A stretch of 53,878 nucleotides of DNA from an uncultured Clostridia bacterium. GTDB taxonomy: Bacteria; Bacillota; Clostridia; TANB77; CAG-508. The translations under genes and the position numbers were made by a program. Below the pieces are notes generated by a model. It saw only the letters and a program-made list of their open reading frames with translations. It searched no databases and was not told where the DNA came from. Below are positions 31,410 through 41,839 of this stretch, in pieces. The stretch is from assembly GCA_947627495.1 (NCBI GenBank), contig CANQWH010000003.1, positions 1 to 53,878 of the forward strand, read 5' to 3'. Position 1 is the stretch's first letter. Each line of letters opens with the position of its first letter.

Positions 31410-32132
31410 TTAATTTTTTTTATTAAAAAAAGACGCCCATGCGTCCTCTTTAATCGTTTTTTGTTTTAATTCTTTTACTTCTTTTTGAAGTGATTTATTT
31501 TTCATGACTAAGTCATATACAAAGTCAGCTTCTAATGCCTGCATATATTCATTTTTTCTTTCTTGAGTAGTAGAAAATCCCCACTCATATGCTTCTTGAG
31601 AAGTTATCCATTCTTCTCTATCCATCTTTTCTTTTATTTCTTTTTCTGATAATTTAGTTTTTCTTGTATAAATATTCAGAGATGGTTGAGTTATCTTTTC
31701 TAAATCTTCTGCAACTTTTTTCATGACATTTGAGTCACCTTTTGCTTCTGTCCAAGCATTATGTATCATAAGTAAACCATTTTCGGGCACAACTCTTTCT
31801 TGCCCAGCCATGAATATTACACTAGCAGCACTACAAGCAAAGCCATCTACAATTGTTTTTAAATGACCTTTAAATTCACTTAGTAAGCTATAAATTGTAA
31901 GTCCTTCGGCTACATCACCGCCGTAGGAGTTAATTCTAACAGTCAGATTTGGTGTATCAACTTGTGCTAATGCATCTTTTAATGTAAACGCATCAGTTCG
32001 TTCTTGATCTTCAAGTCCAAACCATCTTTCAATTATGTCTTTTCTTCTTACATCACCATAAATATATAGCTCTGTTTCCTGTTCATTTACTTTTTTGAAT
32101 CTTAGAAAGTTATTCTCCATTTTCGTTTGCAC
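31410..32132 (-). CDS. ClpP-like prohead maturation protease
   Basis: INSYGGDV, DGFACSAASVI, MIHNAW. Confidence 0.92.
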   Translation of the reverse strand: MQTKMENNFLRFKKVNEQETELYIYGDVRRKDIIERWFGLEDQERTDAFTLKDALAQVDTPNLTVRINSYGGDVAEGLTIYSLLSEFKGHLKTIVDGFACSAASVIFMAGQERVVPENGLLMIHNAWTEAKGDSNVMKKVAEDLEKITQPSLNIYTRKTKLSEKEIKEKMDREEWITSQEAYEWGFSTTQERKNEYMQALEADFVYDLVMKNKSLQKEVKELKQKTIKEDAWASFFNKKN

Positions 32133-33315
32133 CTCCCTTCACATTTGCATAATTTTTAGTTATGTTATGTTCATCTGCCCAAGATTCGTCTATTCTCGGC
32201 AATCCTAATAACTCATTTATTTCATTTCTGCTAAATCCGTCGGCTGTTAATTTATCTATTCCGTTTGCAGAATCTATTATGTCTCTATGATTTAAATTAT
32301 TTGTATTAAATTTCGCATACTCACCTTTTAAATAATCTCTTTTGCCTATTAGACTAATATTAAAGCCATCTTCTAACAATTTAAAATATGTAGATACTCC
32401 AAAAGTTATAAAATCATTATTTCCTGTTGATTTTTCTGTCTTTGTTCCGTAAAAAATATCAAGTGGTATATTCCATAACATTGCAACATTATCACATATT
32501 TCTTTTGTTCCATCTTTGTAGTCATTTAAACTTTGCTTATTATCCTTATTTAAATTTTCTAAATTAAATATTTCCGATAATAAAACAATTGCCTCTTCTT
32601 CACTTAACAAGCCTTCTGTTATTTTTTGTTTATATTCTTCATAGCTAACAGGCTTGCCTGTTTCTTTGTCAATCATGGTTGGCTGTTGTCCTGGAAATTT
32701 CAGTTTCCATTTAGGTGTATTAGACTTTATAAAACTCTTTGAAATAGTGTTTAATATTTTTTTACTATTTGCCTTAAAATCAGCTTTTGCTGTATTCAAG
32801 TTAGTATTTTTTAAAGAATAATATATCGAATTTTCAGAGTTATATATTTTCGTTAATGGTAAAGTATTTCCCGAATTATCTGAAATTTGTACATTCGAGA
32901 ATATCTTTTCATATAATATTGCACTACTTGGAGTAAATTCATCAGCTACATACAGCAATTTAGAATTATTTATGTCTTTATTGATTATTATTAATGCTTC
33001 TTTGTTAATCAATAATTTTGTTACAAGTTTATAAAAAAAAGCAGTCCCAGTTTCATTATAATTTGGCTGCAAATTTAATCTCCAATACAAATCTCCTTTA
33101 TGATTTTGTATCTTACCATCTATTTTTTCAAATGTTTGTATCTCACATCTTGCAATTGTTTGTGCTATTAAATCTATTGCATGTGCTTCTGCTAATGTAT
33201 ATATATAATTTTCTGAATTTTCGCTTTTCAATAACACATCTATTATATCTGTTATTGAAATTTCTTCATTTTTTTTGTTCTTAAAAAATTTATCTAATAT
33301 TATCAGTTTGTCCAC
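32110..33315 (-). CDS. portal protein
   Basis: LNLQPNYNETG, SRNEINELLGLP; lies between TerL and the protease. Confidence 0.88.
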   Translation of the reverse strand: MDKLIILDKFFKNKKNEEISITDIIDVLLKSENSENYIYTLAEAHAIDLIAQTIARCEIQTFEKIDGKIQNHKGDLYWRLNLQPNYNETGTAFFYKLVTKLLINKEALIIINKDINNSKLLYVADEFTPSSAILYEKIFSNVQISDNSGNTLPLTKIYNSENSIYYSLKNTNLNTAKADFKANSKKILNTISKSFIKSNTPKWKLKFPGQQPTMIDKETGKPVSYEEYKQKITEGLLSEEEAIVLLSEIFNLENLNKDNKQSLNDYKDGTKEICDNVAMLWNIPLDIFYGTKTEKSTGNNDFITFGVSTYFKLLEDGFNISLIGKRDYLKGEYAKFNTNNLNHRDIIDSANGIDKLTADGFSRNEINELLGLPRIDESWADEHNITKNYANVKGGANENGE

Positions 33316-33318
33316 CTC

Positions 33319-35040
33319 CTAAACGTAAATAATTTCTTCATCTAATAGTTCTTGTACACTCATTGCTGCAACAAAAGCCATAAATGGGTCATTTTTTCGT
33401 AGTTTTGGTTCTATTTTTTCATATTTTTTATTTCCATCTTTTCCATCTTTTACACAAGTATTATTTATTGCCCACCTCATTATTGCACTATTGCCTATAT
33501 TGATTTTTCCTTCTGCAAAAGCAACCTCAATTCTGGGTGCTACTATTGCAGCTATACTTGCAGGGTATCGTATCATTCTTATAAGTCCATACGGCATATC
33601 TTTTGTTTCTACTGATATACCAAATTCTTTAAAAATTTGTTCTAGTAATTTATATCTATATGTATCTAAAACAATTTTTTTTACATTATATTTAACCATC
33701 TCTGATAAAATCCACATTATTATTTCTCTTGCATCTATACTTTCTTTATTTGTTATTTCAAAATCAGTAAATCCTTCTTGTCCAGCATTAGCAAATGGAA
33801 ATTTTATATCATTAAAAAACCTATTTTTTGAACAAATCCATGTTCTTTGCCTCCAAATGTATTCGCCATTTATTTTGAATAGAAAACCAGCACTTGCAAA
33901 ATCGTTTAATGAAGCAAAATCGATACCAACTATCGCTAATTTTCCGTCTATATCTCCTGCTTCTCTTGGTATTTCTTTATCAATGTCTTCATATGATGCT
34001 CGTAATATGTTTTTCCAATCTGTTACTGCTTGTTCTTCGTCTTGTTGCGGTAAATTCATTCTTTTTGCATAAAATTCTACTCTATAAGATTTTTGCTTTT
34101 GCATTTTAATGTAATCTCTAATTAGTTCATTTTTTAATATTGCCATATATCTCAAGCTTGGATTTGCTTGAACCCACACTGTTATATCTATATCTTCTTT
34201 GTTTCCTGTTTCTAAAAATTTTTTCATAGGTATATCCACTGTTGCCAAATCATTTATTTTATAAATAATTGGTAATAATCCTAAAAAATTATTTTCTCCA
34301 TTAAGAACCATCTTTGACATAGATAATTTTTCATCAAGTGGTCCATCTCTAACTGTTCCATTTGTAGTTATCGTTACTGTTCTTGCATGTTTTATTTTTC
34401 CTAATCCAGAACTGTATACATTTATTTGTTTATAGTCTTCATATGCATGTAGCTCATTAAAGATTATCATTCCTGTTTGTTTTCCGTCTTTTGTTTTTGC
34501 ATTTGCAGTATTATATCTTAAAATAGAATGTGTTATTTTATTTATAACCTCTGTTTTGTTCCAATAAAAATATTTTTTCATTATATTTTTATTAGCTTCT
34601 AGCATATTATAAACTACTTTAAATGAATTCAATGCCTGTTCTTCTGACATTGCAACTATATCTATGTGATAATTCTTGACACCATAATAATGTGTTTGTA
34701 AGAAATTTGCTAACGGCATTATCATTCCGTCTTTTCCATTTCCCCTCGCCATGACTATTAAGATATCTGGGAATATCACTATATCAGGATTGTTTTTGTC
34801 ATACATAAAAAATAAAGCATATGCAAATTTTTGATAAGGAAATAACTTATAATACCATTTTTCACAGTATTTGATTGCGTTATGAAATGTTTCTTCATCA
34901 AAAAAGACATCATCTCTCGATAATGTCGGTTTTACTATATTTTTTATTAATAATTTTATTTCATCGTCAGTTTCATCAGGATTTTCTTCAACAAATTTTA
35001 TATATTCTTCTATTTCCTCACAGTAAATCACCTTCCTCAC
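33319..35040 (-). CDS. terL: terminase large subunit
   Basis: ARGNGKDG Walker A, IFNELH Walker B-like, GIDFASLNDF, RKNDPFMA. Confidence 0.92.
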   Translation of the reverse strand: MRKVIYCEEIEEYIKFVEENPDETDDEIKLLIKNIVKPTLSRDDVFFDEETFHNAIKYCEKWYYKLFPYQKFAYALFFMYDKNNPDIVIFPDILIVMARGNGKDGMIMPLANFLQTHYYGVKNYHIDIVAMSEEQALNSFKVVYNMLEANKNIMKKYFYWNKTEVINKITHSILRYNTANAKTKDGKQTGMIIFNELHAYEDYKQINVYSSGLGKIKHARTVTITTNGTVRDGPLDEKLSMSKMVLNGENNFLGLLPIIYKINDLATVDIPMKKFLETGNKEDIDITVWVQANPSLRYMAILKNELIRDYIKMQKQKSYRVEFYAKRMNLPQQDEEQAVTDWKNILRASYEDIDKEIPREAGDIDGKLAIVGIDFASLNDFASAGFLFKINGEYIWRQRTWICSKNRFFNDIKFPFANAGQEGFTDFEITNKESIDAREIIMWILSEMVKYNVKKIVLDTYRYKLLEQIFKEFGISVETKDMPYGLIRMIRYPASIAAIVAPRIEVAFAEGKINIGNSAIMRWAINNTCVKDGKDGNKKYEKIEPKLRKNDPFMAFVAAMSVQELLDEEIIYV

Positions 35041-35512
35041 CTGCTCCTGGTCCTACATCTGGTGTTTTTAAATCTAAGTCTTGTAATATTTTTAGCATTT
35101 GACTATTTACTTTTAATAAAATCTCAGGGCTTTTATTGTCTTTTTCAATTACATATCCATTTCCTGTCATACTTTCATATCTAATACCTTTTAAATTTAT
35201 ATCTTTTTGTAGTTCTTCTTTCAGTTTAACAAAGTATATATAATCTTCTATCATGTCATCAAATTGTTTTCCTAACTTGTTTTGATTTAGCAATTGTGTT
35301 TTTAAATCATTTCTTATTGTCTCTATTTTTTCTTCTAATTGTTTTTTTCTCTTTTCTTCTTGTTTCTTTTCTTTTTCCTGTTCTTTGCTTATTTTTTGCA
35401 ATCTTGCTAAATTATTCTCCATATTTTGTATATCTTTTTCTAATTTTCTTGTTTTATTTGAATTATTTTTGTTAGTTTTTTTCTTAGTTGTCAAATTTTT
35501 ACCCCCTTTCAT
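35018..35512 (-). CDS. terS: terminase small subunit (P27-like)
   Basis: DMIEDY...LQKDINLKG...KVNSQMLKILQDLDL; upstream of TerL. Confidence 0.8.
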   Translation of the reverse strand: MKGGKNLTTKKKTNKNNSNKTRKLEKDIQNMENNLARLQKISKEQEKEKKQEEKRKKQLEEKIETIRNDLKTQLLNQNKLGKQFDDMIEDYIYFVKLKEELQKDINLKGIRYESMTGNGYVIEKDNKSPEILLKVNSQMLKILQDLDLKTPDVGPGAGEEGDLL

Positions 35513-35539
35513 ATGAATAGTCTCAAAAGTTAAACAGTT

Positions 35540-35605
35540 GCTGCCCCCACACCCGCTCCCATTAAGGATTTTTTGTCTTTGAGATTTGACTGGGGGTGTT
35601 CCGCT
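35540..35605. other. putative cos/packaging region
   Basis: GC-rich non-coding island just upstream of terS in a phage with an HNH gene nearby. Confidence 0.35.
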
Positions 35606-35626
35606 TCTAACATAATTGTATATTTT

Positions 35627-35989
35627 CTATTTTTTTGGTTCATCTGGTAATTTATTTTCTTTATATTTATATTCCATCTTTGATATTATAGGCTTTCCTT
35701 CTGCATATTGTGTAGTTGATATTATTTCTATTATATTTTCATCCACTAGTTCATCATCTGTAGTATCTAATACTACTTCTTCACTTTGTATATTATTCTT
35801 ACTTAATTCATCTATTATTCTTTGTTGATTCTTTATTCTATCTTTATATTGTTCTATCTCATCTGCTAGATATTCTATTATTTCTTTATCACTACAATTT
35901 CTATATCTAGAATATTGTGTAACTCTTTTTCTCGTTTGTTCATATTTATTTGTTGTTTCTCTTAATAAAAAATCATCTACATTATTCAT
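35627..35989 (-). CDS. hypothetical protein
   Basis: 120-aa ORF. Confidence 0.6.
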   Translation of the reverse strand: MNNVDDFLLRETTNKYEQTRKRVTQYSRYRNCSDKEIIEYLADEIEQYKDRIKNQQRIIDELSKNNIQSEEVVLDTTDDELVDENIIEIISTTQYAEGKPIISKMEYKYKENKLPDEPKK

Positions 35990-36432
35990 GTCTTCTTGTT
36001 CCTTTCATTACTTTTATTTCATTTATACTTAAACATAATAAACCTTCTACTAGTTCTATTCTATAACTATGTTCTAAATGTTTTATTTGTTTTCCGCTTC
36101 TGAAATGTATTATCAAATAAACCTAGCTTTTCTAATATCATGTTACATTCCTTTTGTGGTATATTTGCTAGTAGCATTATTGTATTTTGCATTATATTTA
36201 ATACTTGTATAACATGGCTTACTTGATTTGTTATTGTTAATGTTTCTTGTGTTATACAATTAAAGAATATTTTCATTGATATTACTATATCTTCATTGTC
36301 TAACAAGTAACTTGCAGTTATTCCGTTTGTAAATGATATTACTCCAGCTTTTTCATTCTCATTATTCATTTCTTTTAATTCTGTTTTTATATTATTTAAT
36401 TTATATGCTTGTAATAAATGTTCTAATTTCAT
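35982..36432 (-). CDS. hypothetical protein (~149 aa), joined by +1 at CGG 36094-36096
   Basis: FQK-[c]G-KQIKHLEHSYRIELVEGLLCLSINE...; the extended stop overlaps the next ATG (ATGAATAA). Confidence 0.6.
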
Positions 36433-36434
36433 AG

Positions 36435-36800
36435 TTACCACCTTTCTTCTGTTAAAGGTTTTCTTTTTTTCCTCCATGTCCATCTGTGTCTATCTTCTAT
36501 TATTTCATGTGCTTCAAAACTAAGACTTATCATATTATCTATATCTAATGCTAAATCAGGTCTTTCTTTAATTGGTATTATATGATGTACTGTATTTGCA
36601 TCTACTATTTTTATTTTGTCTGGAAAATGTTTACCATCATTCCAGTTTCCTAAAAAAAATTGGCATTTATATTTATCTATCTTTAGTCTTTTTTCCCTTG
36701 CTTCATCCCATTCTGTTGAATGATAAAACTTATTTGTATTTCCTTTTGCTATTTCTATTTCCCAATTATAATGTTTTCTTCTTGCTCTTCTTTGTTTCAT
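36435..36800 (-). CDS. packaging-associated HNH endonuclease
   Basis: FYHSTEW...VHHIIPIKERPDLALDIDNMISL...H. Confidence 0.85.
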   Translation of the reverse strand: MKQRRARRKHYNWEIEIAKGNTNKFYHSTEWDEAREKRLKIDKYKCQFFLGNWNDGKHFPDKIKIVDANTVHHIIPIKERPDLALDIDNMISLSFEAHEIIEDRHRWTWRKKRKPLTEERW

Positions 36801-37063
36801 TTTGTATTACCTTTTAACACACATTTTTTTATCATATAAGGACAATACACTTTCTTATTTTCTGTGCTTATAATTTTTAAAAATGAACATTTCTTACATT
36901 GTTCTGGCAACTCTTTTATTATTTTTAATATATTTCTTCTGCATTTTATTCTTTCTGTTTCATCTATTATTTTTATTAAATCTTTACATGAATCAAATTT
37001 ACATGTTTTACATCTTTGCTTCTGTATAGAACATATTTCATTATCTATTAAACATTTTTCCAT
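36797..37063 (-). CDS. Cys-rich hypothetical protein
   Basis: Multiple CxxC motifs. Confidence 0.55.
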   Translation of the reverse strand: MEKCLIDNEICSIQKQRCKTCKFDSCKDLIKIIDETERIKCRRNILKIIKELPEQCKKCSFLKIISTENKKVYCPYMIKKCVLKGNTK

Positions 37064-37276
37064 TTTTTTCACCTTTTGAAGAGTGTTGCTAGAAAACACT
37101 CTTTCGGTTCTAGGAGGTCATATCAGAAATTTTATAATATTATCTAGCATATTATTTGCAATAAAAAGAACTTACTATTTAAAGTAAGCTCTTTTGAAAA
37201 AGTTTATATATTTATATTTTCTCACATTACAATTATAACACGTTTTTTTTATAAAAAAAGGGCAAAAAAATGGCAA

Positions 37277-37694
37277 TTATATCTTATTATTTTTTAATTC
37301 ATTATGAACAAAATAAATTAGTTTTCTTTTTCTCCTCTTATAAACATCTTCACTAATATGTAATTCTTCTATAATGTTCCATTTATTTTCTTCTCCGTTC
37401 TTCATATTCTTTTTTAAAAATATCTTTTGTAACTTTATCAGTTAATTCTAATGCTTTTTTTACTGCTTTCCATTCATTTAGTGCTTTATTTATTTTTTTA
37501 TCTTCTTGCAATTTTACAACAGTATTATATACACTATCAGTAACATTATACGGTGCTCTTGGTAATCCATTTATGCTAGGAGAACTTATACTCATTAGAT
37601 CTAATCTCATTGTTAAAATACTTACACAATTATAATTATATCTTTTTAAACAACCTGCCGCTTCTTTATATTCTTCTCTACTTAGTTTATTCAT
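37277..37694 (-). CDS. late transcriptional regulator (ArpU/RinA-like, ~138 aa), joined by +1 at CGG 37395-37397
   Basis: The +1 extension adds an HTH-like KWNIIEELHISEDVYKRRKRKLI; last gene before the packaging module. Confidence 0.7.
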
Positions 37695-37899
37695 TTGTCC
37701 CCTCCTTATAACCCCAGTTATCTACCGCTTGTATATTGTAACCTTTTTTTCTTATTCTGTGTGCTATCACTCTTATATTATTTAATGCACTCATATCTGT
37801 TTCTCTGTTATACAATATTTCTGTTAATTCTGCATAACTTCCTTTTCCGTTTCTTATAGCTTCTAAAATTAACTTTTCTATTCTTGTTAATTTCTCCAT
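37687..37899 (-). CDS. winged-helix DNA-binding protein
   Basis: SYAELTEILY...IRVIAHRIRKKG...WGY (OmpR-C-like). Confidence 0.65.
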   Translation of the reverse strand: MEKLTRIEKLILEAIRNGKGSYAELTEILYNRETDMSALNNIRVIAHRIRKKGYNIQAVDNWGYKEGTNE

Positions 37900-37947
37900 A
37901 ACTATTTCCTCCTATTCAATTACTTGTTTATAATCTTGCCTATAACA

Positions 37948-38187
37948 TTACTCCTTATATTCAATATTCCATTTTGCTTTTTTTTCAAAATATTCTTTTA
38001 CTTTTTCTGGTTCTCCTTCATATACTTTTCCACCCAGAGCTATACAATCTGCCATTGCATTTATTATTTCTTCTTTTAATCTTAATTGTTTTTCTAGTTG
38101 TTCTATGTTCATTCTATATCCTGCTTCTTTAAAACAATTTTGTGCAAAATTTATCAACCCTTCTTGTTTCAAATTCATACTATCCAC
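37948..38187 (-). CDS. hypothetical protein
   Basis: ORF in early/middle gene cluster. Confidence 0.55.
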   Translation of the reverse strand: MDSMNLKQEGLINFAQNCFKEAGYRMNIEQLEKQLRLKEEIINAMADCIALGGKVYEGEPEKVKEYFEKKAKWNIEYKE

Positions 38188-38198
38188 CTAACTTTCTC

Positions 38199-38522
38199 TT
38201 ACATACTAATGCTTCCACCAGCATTTACACTACCTTTTATTTCATCACAACTTACACTTCCGCCACAATTTATGTTTCCACCTACATCATCACAACTAAT
38301 AGAGCCACCAGCTTTTATATTACCTTTTACATTATTGCAACTTACAGCCCCTTGACAATCTATATTTTCTACATCTCCATAAATATATACATCACAATTC
38401 TTTGTAGCTTCATCTGTAATTTCTTTACCATCTACAAATATTTTATTATTTATTATAGAAACATTATTTCCAATGCAATTTATTGACTTTCCATTAACAA
38501 CTATCCTATTCATTATTTTCAC
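38199..38522 (-). CDS. Gly/Cys-rich repeat protein (beta-helix/bactofilin-like)
   Basis: Repeats of VxGxIxxGGS(I/V)SC. Confidence 0.55.
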   Translation of the reverse strand: MKIMNRIVVNGKSINCIGNNVSIINNKIFVDGKEITDEATKNCDVYIYGDVENIDCQGAVSCNNVKGNIKAGGSISCDDVGGNINCGGSVSCDEIKGSVNAGGSISM

Positions 38523-38709
38523 CTAACTTTCTCCCACATTGAGGACAATACTTTAATTCGTATGCTTTTGTTGTATAGTTAAAATTTTCTCTGCCTTTTA
38601 TTCTTCTTTCTCCTTCTCTCCAACCATATACAGCTATTTTTGAGAAAAGTTTATCATTCTTGCCTTTGTTTTGTTTCCACCATTTTATTCTTTCACAACA
38701 TTTGCACAC
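38506..38709 (-). CDS. zinc-ribbon protein
   Basis: CxCC...YCPQCGRKL. Confidence 0.6.
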   Translation of the reverse strand: MCKCCERIKWWKQNKGKNDKLFSKIAVYGWREGERRIKGRENFNYTTKAYELKYCPQCGRKLGENNE

Positions 38710-38985
38710 CTATATTTCCTCCTCCATTAGACCTAAATATGTATTTTTCATATTTCTTGTTATTCCCTCTTTTATTGTTATAGTTGTTTTACTCCCAATT
38801 TTAGTATGTTCTACATAGCTACCTTTTGTATAGTCTTCCTCATAATAAGGTGTTATATCTACTTCAATTCTATATTTATCAAGATTTTTGTCCTTCTTTA
38901 ATTTTTGTAAATATTCTATTATAGCATCTATGCCTTGAATATTATCATCTCTTATATTACTCATATATCTTCCTCTTTTATCCAT
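38710..38985 (-). CDS. hypothetical protein
   Basis: ORF in tightly packed cluster. Confidence 0.55.
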   Translation of the reverse strand: MDKRGRYMSNIRDDNIQGIDAIIEYLQKLKKDKNLDKYRIEVDITPYYEEDYTKGSYVEHTKIGSKTTITIKEGITRNMKNTYLGLMEEEI

Positions 38986-38989
38986 TCTC

Positions 38990-39313
38990 TTATTTTTTTA
39001 TTGTTTGCTCAAACACATCAAAGTTAAATACTAAATCATATAAAAATTCTGCATTATCGGGTGCATCTTCATATATATCTTTTAGAATATTGCTGTTTTT
39101 ATATGATTTCTTTACAGCATGTCTTACTGCTCTTTCTATTGCACAAACAGTAGCATCATATTTTTTTGATATCACCTCATATACTGTTGTCATGTTAGTA
39201 TGTATTTTCTGTTCTCTTATAAAATTAACTGCATCTAATATATAATAAAATCCTCTTAAATTTGATGAAATTCCTGTTTTTATTAGTATCATTCTTAAAT
39301 CTATATCTTCCAT
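38990..39313 (-). CDS. stand-alone Spo0A C-terminal DNA-binding domain
   Basis: GISSNLRGFYYILDAV...VYEVISKKYDATVCAIERAVRHAV...PDNAEFL parallels Spo0A GVPAHIKGY..L..A...LYP.IAK...TT.SRVERAIRHAI...PTNSEFI. Confidence 0.85.
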   Translation of the reverse strand: MEDIDLRMILIKTGISSNLRGFYYILDAVNFIREQKIHTNMTTVYEVISKKYDATVCAIERAVRHAVKKSYKNSNILKDIYEDAPDNAEFLYDLVFNFDVFEQTIKK

Positions 39314-39316
39314 TTT

Positions 39317-39655
39317 TTATTTATCCTCCAATAATTCTTGTAAAACTTGTATGTCATGTTTATACATTGGTATTTCATGACTATAATGTTCACTTTCACT
39401 TATATCATAAATCAACTTTTCATATGCCTTTATTTTATCTTCTATTTCCTTTTTAGATATTGAATTTTTATAATCTTTTATATTCTGCTCTATTGCTAGT
39501 TCATATCTTTTTTTATAACTTTCTAATGCTTGTAATACTGTTTCTGCAAATTTAAAAAAGAAATTTACATCTATGCTTTCAATCTTTTCTTTATATTGTT
39601 TTAATTCGTTATATGTTTTTATCGCTTCTTCTAAACTTATTTTATCTTTGTTCAT
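39317..39655 (-). CDS. hypothetical coiled-coil protein
   Basis: 112-aa ORF with RBS. Confidence 0.55.
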   Translation of the reverse strand: MNKDKISLEEAIKTYNELKQYKEKIESIDVNFFFKFAETVLQALESYKKRYELAIEQNIKDYKNSISKKEIEDKIKAYEKLIYDISESEHYSHEIPMYKHDIQVLQELLEDK

Positions 39656-39664
39656 AGTTCCTCC

Positions 39665-39898
39665 TTATTTTAAATTTTCTATAACTTCAATAAATTCCTC
39701 TGGATTATTTGTCATTTTACAATAATCTATAAAAGCATCTTCCATATTTCTACTTATGTCAGAACAAGTTTCTTCTGTTAATTTCATTTGTTCTAACCAT
39801 CTATAAATTATTCGTTCATTCATATTTGCTTTATTTTCAAATTCTGCACAATCTCTTATTGCTTTTTTTATATTTTCTGGTACTTTTATCATTTTCAT
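39665..39898 (-). CDS. hypothetical protein
   Basis: 77-aa ORF with RBS. Confidence 0.55.
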   Translation of the reverse strand: MKMIKVPENIKKAIRDCAEFENKANMNERIIYRWLEQMKLTEETCSDISRNMEDAFIDYCKMTNNPEEFIEVIENLK

Positions 39899-39906
39899 AT
39901 TCCCTC

Positions 39907-40533
39907 CTACTTAAAATCATTTACTTTTATCTTAACAATTATCCTATTGCCACATCTATCTTGCATTTCTACAAATGGTCTACCTACTACTCCTTCTGCT
40001 TTTGCTGTTCCTATTTTTGAATTAGGTGCTGTCTTTACAAAATCTATTCCTTCTTGTATTGTTCCTTCTAATACAACAGGAACTACATCTAATCCAAAGG
40101 ATTTTGCAATACCTTCAACATTTTCTCTCGGTTGCCAGTTTCCTGCTATTTTTACATCAAATAATATAAAGTCTTGTCCTTTTCTATACAAGCCTCCGTT
40201 CTGGATTTTTTCGCCATAGCCTTCACCGCAAAGCATAACTTCTGTTTCTCCAAATTTTTGTTCAAATAATTGCTCATTTGCTTCTCCACCAAATAACTCA
40301 ACTAATCTATTCATTAAGTCCACTGGTATTTGTGCTTTATCTGTTCTTCCTCCAAATGTTACTTTATGTCCGTCCCACATAATTCTTATGTTGGTTCCAT
40401 CTATCTTTTCAGTAAATTGCCATTTAAGGTCTTTTAAAAATTCTATTGTAGAATCTGTGTATTCTCCTTCCATTAGTTTCTTTGTTTTCTCATCTCTTTT
40501 AAATATTGTTTGTATTTTATGATATTCTTCCAT
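39907..40533 (-). CDS. RNA ligase family nucleotidyltransferase
   Basis: Motif I TEKIDGTN, GEGYG, FILFDV, EGVV, VKIK. Confidence 0.8.
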   Translation of the reverse strand: MEEYHKIQTIFKRDEKTKKLMEGEYTDSTIEFLKDLKWQFTEKIDGTNIRIMWDGHKVTFGGRTDKAQIPVDLMNRLVELFGGEANEQLFEQKFGETEVMLCGEGYGEKIQNGGLYRKGQDFILFDVKIAGNWQPRENVEGIAKSFGLDVVPVVLEGTIQEGIDFVKTAPNSKIGTAKAEGVVGRPFVEMQDRCGNRIIVKIKVNDFK

Positions 40534-40957
40534 TTACTTTTCCTCTACTTTCTTTTCAAAATATTGTTTTACTTTTTTGATATCTTTATTAAAAAGCTTG
40601 TAATTATTAACTACATCTAACCTGCAAATCATTTCTGCCATTTCATCTATTATTTTCCACTGCTTAACTGCCTCTCCTTTTGCTTCATCTATCATCTTAA
40701 TATCATAATTATGTACTTGCTCTAATGATTGTATTTGAAATTCTAAATAGTCTATGTATTGTAAAAGTGTTTCTATTGCATCTTGATATTCATATAATAC
40801 ATTATCCATTAAAACAAGATTATCTTCATAATCACAAAACTTTTTTAGTTTTTCTTTTGCTTTTTCTATCTCTTCTCTTGTTCTATTATAATGACATCCT
40901 TCACATCCGCATTTTTTCTACATTGCACGCATCTCTTTCTTTATCAGTACATATCAT
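40534..40957 (-). CDS. hypothetical protein (~140 aa), joined by +1 at CGG 40907-40909
   Basis: AAGGAG RBS; MICTDKERDACNVEKM-[c]G-CEGCHY... continues in frame into ORF 40534..40809. Confidence 0.65.
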
Positions 40958-40980
40958 TTGTTATCACACTCCTTATTTTC

Positions 40981-41340
40981 TTAAACTTTATATTTCATAC
41001 TTTCAAATTGTTCTTTTGTTACAATATCTTCAATTAGTCCATCTTTAAATACTTCATCTAATATAACCCAAGTCATTTCATTTAAGTCAAAATTGCATTT
41101 TTTTCCCATAATTATCCTTACTGGATAACCATTTACATAGTCATCCGTTTTTATCAATTCAGTTATATTTTTTGAATGTTTACATTCTTTTATTTCTTCT
41201 TCTGAAAAAGATATAGGTAAATCAATATACATTTTTAAGTAAATTGTATTTCCTACAATTTGTATAACCTTTCCAATTCCTAAAAATCTACTACCTTTAT
41301 CTCTTCTCACATATTCTCCAACTTCAATTTTATCTTCCAT
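40981..41340 (-). CDS. hypothetical phage protein
   Basis: IEVGEYVR...DYVNGY...IVTKEQFES. Confidence 0.6.
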   Translation of the reverse strand: MEDKIEVGEYVRRDKGSRFLGIGKVIQIVGNTIYLKMYIDLPISFSEEEIKECKHSKNITELIKTDDYVNGYPVRIIMGKKCNFDLNEMTWVILDEVFKDGLIEDIVTKEQFESMKYKV

Positions 41341-41342
41341 AA

Positions 41343-41651
41343 TTACCCTTCTTCTATCTTTCTAAATATTTTCTCATATATATCTACATCATTTAACTGC
41401 TCTAAAACTTCTTTTACTTTCGATGTTGATATTAGTTCTATATAGTCTGTATCTTTGTACGATATATCTTTTTCTCCTAAATATTTACCTACGTGTACAA
41501 AAAAATTGCCTTTTGGAGTTTTGTATATAGTGTGTTCAAATTCTGGATATGTAGTAAGAAATAATCCTTTATGTTCTACACCTTTTTTATACTTTATTAT
41601 TTTTTCAGATTTTTCTGTATCATATATTTTACCGTCTAATAAATATCTCAT
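41343..41651 (-). CDS. hypothetical phage protein
   Basis: DGKIYDTEKSE...YKTPKGNFF. Confidence 0.6.
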   Translation of the reverse strand: MRYLLDGKIYDTEKSEKIIKYKKGVEHKGLFLTTYPEFEHTIYKTPKGNFFVHVGKYLGEKDISYKDTDYIELISTSKVKEVLEQLNDVDIYEKIFRKIEEG

Positions 41652-41836
41652 TTCTCATTACCTCCTAATATAAATTTGTAATAATCACATCTACAATTCA
41701 TTTTATATCTATAACTTATATATTTATCGCACCATATGATGTCTGTGTTATCTTTTTTATAACCAACATTATATTTGCAATTATCACATTGCCCATCATC
41801 TTTTATTTCTTTTCCTGTAAAAAAATCTAATATCAT
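41648..41836 (-). CDS. small Cys-containing protein
   Basis: ATGA overlap with the next gene. Confidence 0.5.
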   Translation of the reverse strand: MILDFFTGKEIKDDGQCDNCKYNVGYKKDNTDIIWCDKYISYRYKMNCRCDYYKFILGGNEK

Positions 41837-41839
41837 CTT

